NCBI GenBank assembly: GCA_017525875.1
Contig: JAFXSG010000004.1
Span: 76,738 to 140,737 of the forward strand
Reading direction: 5' to 3'
DNA from: Clostridia bacterium
GTDB lineage: Bacteria; Bacillota; Clostridia; Christensenellales; CAG-138
DNA length: 64,000 nucleotides
Below are positions 1 to 7,465 of this stretch, one piece after another. The notes beneath the pieces were generated by a model, which saw only the letters and a list, made by a program, of their open reading frames with translations, searched no databases and was not told the origin of the DNA. How positions within the stretch are numbered: the first letter of the stretch is position 1; each line of letters opens with the position of its first letter. The translations under genes were made by a program, and so were the position numbers.

Positions 1-783
1 GCGATCGAGCTTGAGAACGTCCGCGGCGAGATCGAGTTCCGCGACGTATGGTTCAGCTACGTTCCCGACGAATGGGTTTTGAAGGGCGTTTCGTTCCGCG
101 TGGAGCCCGGCGAGACCGTAGCCTTCGTCGGCGCGACGGGTTCCGGCAAGACGACGATCCTCTCACTGATCTGCCGCAACTACGAGTTCCAGAAGGGCGA
201 GATCCTGATCGACGGCATAGACATCCGCAGGATCAAGATCGCCTCGCTGCGCAGGCATTTCGGCCAGATGCTTCAGGACGTTTTCCTGTTCTCCGGCACG
301 ATAAGGAGCAATATCCTGCTCGACAAGGACGGCGTTTCGGACGAGGAAGTCATGGCTGCCTGCCGCTACGTGAACGCGGACCACTTCATAAACCGCCTTG
401 AGAACGGGCTCGACGAGGTCGTGCGCGAGCGCGGCAACAACTTCTCCGCCGGCCAGCGCCAGCTGCTCAGCTTCGCAAGGACGATCGTCCACAAGCCCGC
501 CGTCATGATCCTGGATGAGGCCACGGCGAACATCGACACCGAGACCGAGGTGCTGATCCAGGACTCCCTCGAAAGGATGATGAACATCGGCACGATGCTG
601 ATCGTCGCCCACCGCCTCTCCACCATCCAGCATGCGGACAACATCATCGTGCTGTCGAAGGGCGAGATAGTGGAGCAGGGCAGCCACAGGGAGCTGCTTG
701 CGAAGAAGGGCAAATACTACGCGCTCTACACGCTCCAGTTCGAGAAGGAGAAGCTGCTCAAACAGGGCGAAGGCGTGGAATGA
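1..783 (+). CDS. ABC exporter, C-terminal nucleotide-binding domain (5' end cut by window edge)
   Basis: Frame 1 is open from nt 1 (AIELENVRGEIEFRDVWFSY...). Walker A GATGSGKTT, signature FSAGQRQ, Walker B MILDEATANID, H-loop VAHRLST. Stop at 781-783. Confidence 0.9.
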   Translation, partial: AIELENVRGEIEFRDVWFSYVPDEWVLKGVSFRVEPGETVAFVGATGSGKTTILSLICRNYEFQKGEILIDGIDIRRIKIASLRRHFGQMLQDVFLFSGTIRSNILLDKDGVSDEEVMAACRYVNADHFINRLENGLDEVVRERGNNFSAGQRQLLSFARTIVHKPAVMILDEATANIDTETEVLIQDSLERMMNIGTMLIVAHRLSTIQHADNIIVLSKGEIVEQGSHRELLAKKGKYYALYTLQFEKEKLLKQGEGVE

Positions 784-799
784 TAACGGAAGAAAACAC

Positions 800-826
800 G
801 GGGCTCGCACGGCGGGCCCCTTTTTT
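800..826 (+). terminator. Rho-independent terminator candidate after the ABC gene
   Basis: GGGGC (800-804) / GCCCC (816-820) stem followed by TTTTTT (821-826). Confidence 0.55.
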
Positions 827-892
827 GCACAGGCGCCGGCCGAAAACCAACAATATATAGTTATTCGTACTGTGTTTTGGTTCCATGTCACA

Positions 893-921
893 TTGACTTT
901 ACCTTTTGGCGGCGGTATAAT
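893..921 (+). promoter_or_regulatory. Sigma-A type promoter for rny
   Basis: TTGACT (893-898), 17-nt spacer, TATAAT (916-921). About 100-nt leader before the rny start. Confidence 0.7.
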
Positions 922-1022
922 ACAGTGAATGTCTATATGCTGCCGAAGTTGTATCCGGGTTTGCTGTGCCGGTGAGAGCTGACGGAGCGGTGCATTTAAT
1001 ATATAACAGGAGGTATAATTCT

Positions 1023-2579
1023 GTGTCCTTGGATGCTCTACATATTATCCTCCCCGCTGCCGGCATAGTCGTCGGCGCGATAGGCGGGGCCCTCGGAACC
1101 TATTTGGTAGACAGGAAAAGTGCAGAATCAAAGGTCGCTAAGGCGGACGAGATGGTCAAGAAGATGGTCGACGACGCCCAGACGCGAGCCGAGACCCTCA
1201 AGAAAGAAACGATACTTGAAGCAAAGGAAGAAGTTTACCGCATCAAGAGCGAAAACGAGAGGGAAAACAAGGAACGGCGGAACGAGCTTCAGCGCGCGGA
1301 GCGCAGGCTCCAGCAGCGCGAGGAGAGCTTCGACAAAAAGCAGGACGGGCTTGAACAGCGAGAACAGCAGCTCAACAAGCGGATCAAGAACGTCGAGGCG
1401 AAGGAAGCTTCTATCGACAAGCTCTATGAAGAACAGAACAAAGAACTCGAGCGCGTCGCGGGGATGTCCCAGGAGGAGGCAAAGGGCATCATCCTTGCGA
1501 ACGTTGAGAAGGACGCAAGGCATGACGCCGCGCTGATCATCCGCGATATCGAGGCAAAGACCAAGGCGGAGGCCGACAGGCGCGCCGTAAACATCATCTC
1601 CATGGCCATCCAGCGCTGCGCCGCGGACCACGTCGCGGAGGCGACCGTGTCCGTCGTGGCGCTGCCCAACGACGAAATGAAGGGCCGCATCATCGGACGC
1701 GAGGGCAGGAACATCCGCACCCTCGAGACCGCGACCGGCGTCGACCTCATCATCGACGACACGCCCGAGGCGGTCATCCTCTCCGGCTTCGACCCGATGC
1801 GCAGGGAGATCGCGCGCATCGCGCTCGAAAAGCTGATCCTGGACGGCAGGATCCACCCCGCCCGCATCGAGGAAATGGTCGAAAAGGCCCGCAAAGAGGT
1901 CGAGACCCAGATCCGCGAGGCAGGCGAACAGGCCGTTTTCGAGGTCGGCGTGCACGGCCTGCATCACGAGCTCATCAGGCTCCTCGGCAGGCTCCGCTAC
2001 CGCACCAGCTACGGCCAGAACGTGCTCAAGCACTCCATCGAGGTCGCCCATCTTGCGGGGCTCATGGCGACGGAGCTCGGCGTGAACGTCCAGCTCGCAA
2101 AGCGCGCCGGCCTGCTGCACGACATCGGCAAGGCGATCGATCACGAGGTCGAGGGCACGCATAACCAGATCGGCGCCGATCTCGCCAAGAAATACCGCGA
2201 GAACAACCAGGTCGTCCACTGCATCCTCGCCCACCATGGGGATGTGGAACCCGGCACGGTGGAAGCCGTTCTCGTTCAGGCGGCGGACGCCATCTCCGCG
2301 GCTCGCCCCGGCGCAAGGCGCGAAACGCTTGAGAACTACATCAAGCGCCTCGAAAAGCTCGAGGAGATCGCCAATTCCTTCGAGGGCGTCGACAAGAGCT
2401 TCGCCATCCAGGCAGGCCGCGAGGTCCGCATCATGGTCAAGAGCGATACCGTTTCCGACACCGATATCGTCGTTATCGCGAAGGACATCGTCAAGCGCAT
2501 CGAGGCCGAGCTCGAGTACCCCGGCCAGATCAAGGTCAACGTCATCCGCGAGACCCGGGCGACCGAGTTCGCGAAGTAA
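1023..2579 (+). CDS. rny: Ribonuclease Y
   Basis: N-terminal TM helix ([22 protein letters not shown]), long K/E/R-rich coiled coil, KH domain ([15 protein letters not shown]) and HD domain ([13 protein letters not shown]...LLHDIGK). In-frame GTG 1023 lies shortly downstream of AGGAGG. The ATG at 966 in the ORF track has no RBS. Confidence 0.92.
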   Translation: MSLDALHIILPAAGIVVGAIGGALGTYLVDRKSAESKVAKADEMVKKMVDDAQTRAETLKKETILEAKEEVYRIKSENERENKERRNELQRAERRLQQREESFDKKQDGLEQREQQLNKRIKNVEAKEASIDKLYEEQNKELERVAGMSQEEAKGIILANVEKDARHDAALIIRDIEAKTKAEADRRAVNIISMAIQRCAADHVAEATVSVVALPNDEMKGRIIGREGRNIRTLETATGVDLIIDDTPEAVILSGFDPMRREIARIALEKLILDGRIHPARIEEMVEKARKEVETQIREAGEQAVFEVGVHGLHHELIRLLGRLRYRTSYGQNVLKHSIEVAHLAGLMATELGVNVQLAKRAGLLHDIGKAIDHEVEGTHNQIGADLAKKYRENNQVVHCILAHHGDVEPGTVEAVLVQAADAISAARPGARRETLENYIKRLEKLEEIANSFEGVDKSFAIQAGREVRIMVKSDTVSDTDIVVIAKDIVKRIEAELEYPGQIKVNVIRETRATEFAK

Positions 2580-2622
2580 AGAAACAGCGATGAAGCGGCG
2601 TACTTCCACGGAAGTGCGCCGC

Positions 2623-2807
2623 AGCTAAATTCGCCCGAAGGCGAGCTAAATTTGCTGACGCAAGCTAAATTTGCCTGCGGCAAGCTAAATTCGCTGCGGC
2701 GAGCTGAAGGGCGAATTTAATTTAGCTGAAAATCTATGATTTTCAATTTAGCTGACGCAAAGCGTCAATTTAGCTGATAAAAGCTGGCGCGAAGCGGCAA
2801 TTTAGCT
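2623..2807. repeat. AGCTAAATT 'ladder' element, copy 1 (185 bp)
   Basis: AGCTAAATT at 2623, 2644, 2663 and 2683. Centre AGCT-gaag-GGCGAATTTAATTTAGCT at 2702-2727. Reverse 9-mer AATTTAGCT at 2719, 2745, 2767 and 2799. Most inter-motif spacers are short self-complementary hairpins; the last right-arm spacer (gataaaagctggcgcgaagcggc) is not obviously one. Confidence 0.9.
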
Positions 2808-2840
2808 TCTTTAGTCAGAAACGAAAGGGCGGCAAAGCTG

Positions 2841-3212
2841 ATGTCCGACAGTGTTATGCTTGAAAAAGCAAAGGACTTTGCTGTTGAAACAGTAAAGATT
2901 TGTAAATCTATCAAGGAAGCAAAACGAGAATCGGTTTTGACAAATCAGTTGATCCGCTCGGGCACTTCTATAGGAGCAAACATTCACGAATCGAAATACT
3001 CTCACAGCACTGCCGATTTTATAGCAAAAATGCAGATCGCATTAAAGGAATGTTATGAGTCCGAATACTGGCTGGAGCTGCTTAACAGAACCGATTATTT
3101 ATCTGAGGAACAGTACAGATCGCTGCAAGGCTTGTGCGGAGCCATACGCCGGATGTTGATCTCATCGATAAATACGACCAAAGCAAATACAAACGAAAAC
3201 CAGAAAGCATAA
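2841..3212 (+). CDS. Four-helix-bundle protein (23S rRNA intervening-sequence protein / Avd-like family)
   Basis: 123 aa. Resembles TIGR02436/PF05635 by eye (SVLTNQLIRSGTSIGANIHES, DFIAKMQIALKECYESEYWLELL). G+C is visibly far below the neighbours (22 G+C in the first 60 nt, hand count). Confidence 0.8.
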   Translation: MSDSVMLEKAKDFAVETVKICKSIKEAKRESVLTNQLIRSGTSIGANIHESKYSHSTADFIAKMQIALKECYESEYWLELLNRTDYLSEEQYRSLQGLCGAIRRMLISSINTTKANTNENQKA

Positions 3213-3220
3213 GCAAACCC

Positions 3221-3246
3221 GCCCCCGGCTCCCCGGGGGCGTTTTC
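3221..3246 (+). terminator. Hairpin terminator between convergent 4HB gene and feoB
   Basis: GCCCCCGG (3221-3228) / CCGGGGGC (3233-3240) perfect stem, then TTTT (3242-3245). Confidence 0.65.
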
Positions 3247-5142
3247 TTATCCGACCAGCCGTATCGTCCCGTTCAGCGCGGCGAGCAGTATGAATCCGAC
3301 GGCGGTGGGGAGCAGCATCGAGAGCAGCATCCACTTCGTCCCCGCCTCCTTGCGGATCGTGAGGCAGGTCGTCGAGCAGGGCCAATGGAACAGGGAGAAG
3401 AGGATCACCGAGAGCGCAGTCACCCATGTCCAGCCGTTTGCGGAGAGCACGTTCCAAAGCTCCGAATACGAGCCGAGCTCCGCAAGGCTCCTGCCCGAGG
3501 TGTACGCGAGGATGGCGATCGGCAGCACGATCTCGTTCGCGGGGAAGCCGAGGATGAACGCGGCGAGGATCGCGCCGTCCAGCCCGAAGAAGCGTGCGAA
3601 CGGGTCGAGGAAGGCGCAGAACGCGGAGAGCAGCGAGCCGTTCCCGACATGGATATTCGCAGCCGCGTAGATGACCAGCCCCGCAGGCGCCGCGACCGCG
3701 ACCGCGCGGGCGAGCACGTGCAGCGTCCGGTCGAGCACGCTGCGGATGATGAGCTGACCGAGCTTCGGCGGGCGGTAGGGCGGAAGCTCCATAAGAAAAT
3801 CGCTTTTTTCCCCGCGCAGCAGCGTTTTTGAAAGGATGAACGTCACAAGGAGCGTCACGAAGACCGCGAGCAGCACGAACGCCGCGGTGAGCCCCGCGGC
3901 CGCTGCGGCGGACGAGGCGAGGAAGATCGAGCTGAGCGCGATGATCAGCGGGAACCGCCCGTTGCAGGGCACGAAGCTGTTCGTGACTATCGCCGCGAGC
4001 CGCTCCTTTTCGCCGGGGATGATGCGGCAGCCGACCACGCCCGCCGAATTGCACCCGAAGCCCATGCAGACCGTCAGCGCCTGCTTGCCGCAGGAGCCAG
4101 CGCAGCGGAAGCAACGGTCTGTGCAAAAGGCGGCGCGGGGGAGATACCCGAGGTCCTCGAGCAGCGTGAACAGCGGGAAGAATATCGCCATCGGCGGCAG
4201 CATGACGGAGACCACCCACCCCACCGTGCGGAACATCCCGTCGAGCAGCGCGCCTGTCAGCCACGGGGCGACGTTCAGCCGTTCAAACAAGGCGCGGATC
4301 AGGCCCTCGAGCGCGGTAAAGCCCTTTGAAAGCAGCTGAGAGGGATAGTTCGCGCCGATTATCGTGAGGTAGAACACGCCGAGCAGCAGGGCGAGCATCA
4401 GCGGGAGGGCAGTGTATTTGCCCGCGGCGATGCGGTCGATGCGCTCCGTGAGGCTGCTCCTGCAGTGCACGGGCCGCGAGATAACGCCGTCAAGCAGCCG
4501 CGTGCATTCGGCGAGGCAGGCAACGGAGGCCTCGCCGCCGCCTTCGCCGGGCAGGAACGAGCGGTATTCGGCCTTCGGCGCCGCGGTCTCGTCCGCGAGC
4601 GCCGCGTCGAGCGCCGAGAGCAGCGCGTCGAGCCCCCGCCCGCTCCGCGCCGCGCAGGGCACGACGGGCACGCCGAGCCGCGAGGAGAGCAGAGCAAAAT
4701 CTATTCTTAGCCCGCGCTTTTCCGCCTCGTCGGAGAGATTGCAGCAGATCACCGCCCGGGGCGCGAGCGCCAGGATCTGCAGCGCCAGCGCAAGGCTGCG
4801 CTCAAGGCAGCAGCAGTCCACCACCGCGATCACCGCCGCGGCCTGCCCGCAGGCGAGGAAATCCCGCGCGACGGCCTCCTCGCGCGAGGCGGGGTCCAGC
4901 GAATAGCAGCCCGGAAGATCCACAAGCTCGAGCTCCCGCGCGCGGCATCTCCCGCTCGCGAGGGCAACGGTCTTGCCCGTCCAGTTCCCTGTGTGCTGAC
5001 GAAGGCCGGTCAGGGCGTTGAAAACGGTGCTTTTGCCGACGTTCGGATTGCCCGCGAGCGCAACGACGGGCAGGGAACGGCCGCCCGCCGAGCGGTCCGA
5101 AAGCGCCGCGCCGCGCCCGGCGGAAGCAGAGGTCAGTCCCAT
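3247..5142 (-). CDS. feoB: Ferrous iron transporter FeoB
   Basis: Start reassigned to ATG 5142, preceded by GGAGGCGGGCGA. G-domain P-loop GNPNVGKST and a long polytopic membrane domain. Overlaps the feoA stop by 10 nt. The 715-aa track ORF is an N-terminal over-extension. Confidence 0.9.
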   Translation of the reverse strand: MGLTSASAGRGAALSDRSAGGRSLPVVALAGNPNVGKSTVFNALTGLRQHTGNWTGKTVALASGRCRARELELVDLPGCYSLDPASREEAVARDFLACGQAAAVIAVVDCCCLERSLALALQILALAPRAVICCNLSDEAEKRGLRIDFALLSSRLGVPVVPCAARSGRGLDALLSALDAALADETAAPKAEYRSFLPGEGGGEASVACLAECTRLLDGVISRPVHCRSSLTERIDRIAAGKYTALPLMLALLLGVFYLTIIGANYPSQLLSKGFTALEGLIRALFERLNVAPWLTGALLDGMFRTVGWVVSVMLPPMAIFFPLFTLLEDLGYLPRAAFCTDRCFRCAGSCGKQALTVCMGFGCNSAGVVGCRIIPGEKERLAAIVTNSFVPCNGRFPLIIALSSIFLASSAAAAAGLTAAFVLLAVFVTLLVTFILSKTLLRGEKSDFLMELPPYRPPKLGQLIIRSVLDRTLHVLARAVAVAAPAGLVIYAAANIHVGNGSLLSAFCAFLDPFARFFGLDGAILAAFILGFPANEIVLPIAILAYTSGRSLAELGSYSELWNVLSANGWTWVTALSVILFSLFHWPCSTTCLTIRKEAGTKWMLLSMLLPTAVGFILLAALNGTIRLVG

Positions 5143-5387
5143 TCGCCCGCCTCCCGGATGAGGATGCTTTCGGCGTCCTGCCTGCGTATCGCCGTCACCG
5201 TCCCGCGCACGAGATAGGCGCTGGGATCCCCGAGCGGGGAAACGAGCACCTTTTTGACCCTTTCGCCGGGGAAATAGCCGAGCTCCGTCAGCCTGCGGCG
5301 AAGCTCGCCCTCCGCCCTGACCGCCGCGATCGTTCCTTCCGCCCCGAGAGGGAGCCCGCCGAGCGGGAACACGCCCTTTTCCGCCAT
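5133..5387 (-). CDS. feoA: FeoA family iron transport protein
   Basis: 84 aa from ATG 5387 (MAEKGVFPLGGLPLGAEGTIAAV...GDPSAYLVRGTVTAIRRQDAESI), typical small FeoA SH3-like domain, directly upstream of feoB. Confidence 0.85.
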   Translation of the reverse strand: MAEKGVFPLGGLPLGAEGTIAAVRAEGELRRRLTELGYFPGERVKKVLVSPLGDPSAYLVRGTVTAIRRQDAESILIREAGEWD

Positions 5388-5453
5388 ACCGCATACCTGC
5401 CTTTCAACGCCTTTGCTGTCAGGATATGCGGGAACGTGAAAATATGTTTGCAT

Positions 5454-5484
5454 TAAAAAAGCCCGTTCCATTTCAGGAACAGGC
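5454..5484 (-). terminator. Rho-independent terminator after the NCS2 permease gene
   Basis: Minus-strand stem GCCTGTTCC / GGAACGGGC (one mismatch) followed by a U-run (plus-strand A-run 5454-5460). Confidence 0.6.
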
Positions 5485-5503
5485 TTTTGCTGTATCTTAA
5501 AGC

Positions 5504-6925
5504 TTATTTGATGACCTGCTGGGGCTCGTCCTCCGCTCCTTCATCCTTCTTTTTGCGGGAGAGGATGATGTTGGTGATGATGCCGAGGATCAGTGCGCAG
5601 GCGATGGAGGTGATGGTGATCGCCTGACCGTCCTTGAGCGGGAAGCTCAGCGCGAGGCCGCCGACGCCCGCGATAAGGATGACGGACGCGACGAACAGGT
5701 TGCGGTTCTCGTTGAGGTCAACGGGCTGGAGCATCTTGAGGCCGGAGACCGCGATGAAGCCGTACAGCGTCATGCAGACGCCGCCCATGACGCAGGAGGG
5801 GATGGAATCGAGGAACGCCACGAACGGAGCGATGAACGCGAACAGCAGCGCGAGGATCGCCGCGCCGGTGATCGAAATGACGGAAGCGTTGCGGGTGATC
5901 GCCACGCAGCCGATGGACTCGCCGTAGGTGGTGTTGGGGCAGCCGCCGAAGATCGCGCCGACGAAGGAGCCGATGCCGTCGCCGAGGAGCGTGCGGGAGA
6001 GGCCGGGGTCGGTGAGCAGATCCTGCTCGATGATGGAGGAGAGGTTCTTATGGTCCGCAATATGCTCCGCAAACACGACGAACGCGACGGGGATATAGCC
6101 AACGGCGATGGTGCCGATGTAGGCGGGGGTGACAGCGGAGAAGCCCTTCCATGCCTTGAGGAAGGAGAACTCGGGAACGGTGAGGAAGGTCTTGAGCGAA
6201 ACGCCGTCCGCAACGAGGTTTTTGAAGGGGGTGAAGTCGATGATCTTGAGCGCGTCAACGCCGGCCTTGTTGCCGATGAGGGTCAGCACGAGGGCGATCG
6301 CGTAGCCCGCGAGGATGCCGATGATGAACGGGATCAGGCGGAGCTTCTTCTTGCCGTAGGTGGAGCAGAGGATGACCACGAACAGCGTCACGAGCGCACA
6401 GGCAAGAGCGATGAACGGGGAAGCGACGGGCTGGAGCACGCCGTCAACGATGGGGCCGACGTCGCCCTTCATCATGTCGCCAACGGCGTTGCCCGCGAGG
6501 GACAGGCCGATGATGGCAACGGTGGGCCCGATGACTACGGCGGGCATGAGCTTTGAGATCCACTTGACGCCTACGCCCTTGACGATGATAGCGATCACGA
6601 CGTACACGAGGCCCGCGAACGCCGCGCCGATGATGAGGCCGAGGTAGCCGACCGCCATGGAGGCAGCGCTGCCGAAGGCCGCGAACATGGAGCCGAGGAA
6701 CGCGAACGAGGAACCGAGGAACACGGGGCTGCGGAAGCGGGTGAAGAGCTGGTAGACGATGGTGCCGATACCTGCGCCGAAGAGAGCTGCGGAGGCGGTC
6801 ATCCCGTTGCCTACGATCGCGGGAACGGCGATGGTCGCCGCCATGATCGCGAGCAGCTGCTGGAAGGCGAAAACAAGGACGTCCTTGAATTTCGGCTTGT
6901 CTTTAACACCGTAAATGAGTTTCAT
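5504..6925 (-). CDS. Nucleobase:cation symporter-2 (uracil/xanthine permease) family transporter
   Basis: 473 aa, polytopic. N-terminus KFKDVLVFAFQQLLAIMAATIAVPAIVG and the overall pattern look like PyrP/UraA-type permeases. RBS GAAGGAG upstream. Confidence 0.8.
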   Translation of the reverse strand: MKLIYGVKDKPKFKDVLVFAFQQLLAIMAATIAVPAIVGNGMTASAALFGAGIGTIVYQLFTRFRSPVFLGSSFAFLGSMFAAFGSAASMAVGYLGLIIGAAFAGLVYVVIAIIVKGVGVKWISKLMPAVVIGPTVAIIGLSLAGNAVGDMMKGDVGPIVDGVLQPVASPFIALACALVTLFVVILCSTYGKKKLRLIPFIIGILAGYAIALVLTLIGNKAGVDALKIIDFTPFKNLVADGVSLKTFLTVPEFSFLKAWKGFSAVTPAYIGTIAVGYIPVAFVVFAEHIADHKNLSSIIEQDLLTDPGLSRTLLGDGIGSFVGAIFGGCPNTTYGESIGCVAITRNASVISITGAAILALLFAFIAPFVAFLDSIPSCVMGGVCMTLYGFIAVSGLKMLQPVDLNENRNLFVASVILIAGVGGLALSFPLKDGQAITITSIACALILGIITNIILSRKKKDEGAEDEPQQVIK

Positions 6926-6992
6926 GTGGATGCTCCTTCTGTTTATTTGGGGCCGCGCCGCCTGTAGGAACGGTATGGCTCACATCTAAAAA

Positions 6993-7022
6993 ATGATACT
7001 GCAAAACGCCTGCGCTTGTCAA
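6993..7022 (-). promoter_or_regulatory. Sigma-A type promoter for the NCS2 permease
   Basis: Minus strand TTGACA (7022-7017), 18-nt spacer, TATCAT (6998-6993). The -35 overlaps the inverted repeat TTGTCA-N8-TGACAA (7016-7035). Confidence 0.55.
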
Positions 7023-7189
7023 CAAAATGTGACAATATATTGAATAATACACCCAAAACGGGCGGCAGCGGCGGGCAGCGCGGCTTTTTTCGCGCCGCCT
7101 CGGCAAAAAATCCTGTCAAGTCTTTTTTGCGGTACAGATATTTGAACTGTCGCCCCAAAACGCCGGGAAGCACCTGACGGGACGAAATC

Positions 7190-7356
7190 TTATCAACAAA
7201 GTTTTCCACATCATCCACGGCGTTTTGCGTGCTTAAAAAGGGCAACAGGCCGCGTTTTTTGCACCTTATCCACATCGGGCATGTGGATAAGCCGCAAAAA
7301 TGTGGATAACCCGCTCTCGGAAAGGCGTTCGGGAGGGTGTGCAAAAATTTGGACAA
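7190..7356. promoter_or_regulatory. DnaA-box cluster (7 boxes)
   Basis: Three perfect consensus boxes: TTATCCACA 7266-7274, TGTGGATAA 7282-7290 and TGTGGATAA 7301-7309. Near-consensus boxes: TTATCAACA 7190-7198, TTTTCCACA 7202-7210, TCATCCACG 7211-7219 and TTTGGACAA 7348-7356. Confidence 0.75.
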
Positions 7357-7404
7357 GCGGGTCGAATAATATATTTTCGGCCTTTTTGACGGCCCACAAA
7401 GAGT

Positions 7405-7442
7405 AATAAAAAAGCCCCCGGCGGCGCTTGCATAAGGGGCTT
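7405..7442 (-). terminator. Terminator candidate after the DUF2974 gene
   Basis: Minus-strand stem AAGCCCC / GGGGCTT with a 17-nt loop, followed by TTTTTTATT. Confidence 0.5.
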
Positions 7443-7465
7443 CGGAGGTCGAAAAGCGAAAAACG

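Noticed and set aside
2623-2807. CRISPR-array interpretation of the AGCTAAATT arrays (also 53333-53517 and 59462-59641)
   Set aside because: The repeats are only 9 bp and the 'spacers' only 9-23 bp and mostly self-complementary. The repeat orientation flips mid-array, no cas genes are present, and the same array recurs three times.
2841-3212. Diversity-generating retroelement (DGR) inferred from the Avd-like four-helix-bundle gene
   Set aside because: No reverse transcriptase ORF and no template/variable repeat pair could be found within the window.
6943-7356. 137-aa minus-strand ORF (and the 62-67 aa ORFs nearby) covering the DnaA-box spacer
   Set aside because: No RBS. It runs through the permease promoter and the DnaA boxes, has an odd basic composition, and shows no family resemblance.
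6926-7465. Calling this spacer the chromosomal origin (oriC)
   Set aside because: The DnaA boxes are real. However, there is no dnaA/dnaN/rpmH context, no long AT-rich unwinding element with 13-mer-like repeats, and no switch in gene orientation in the window. I report it only as a DnaA-box cluster needing skew and marker-frequency data.
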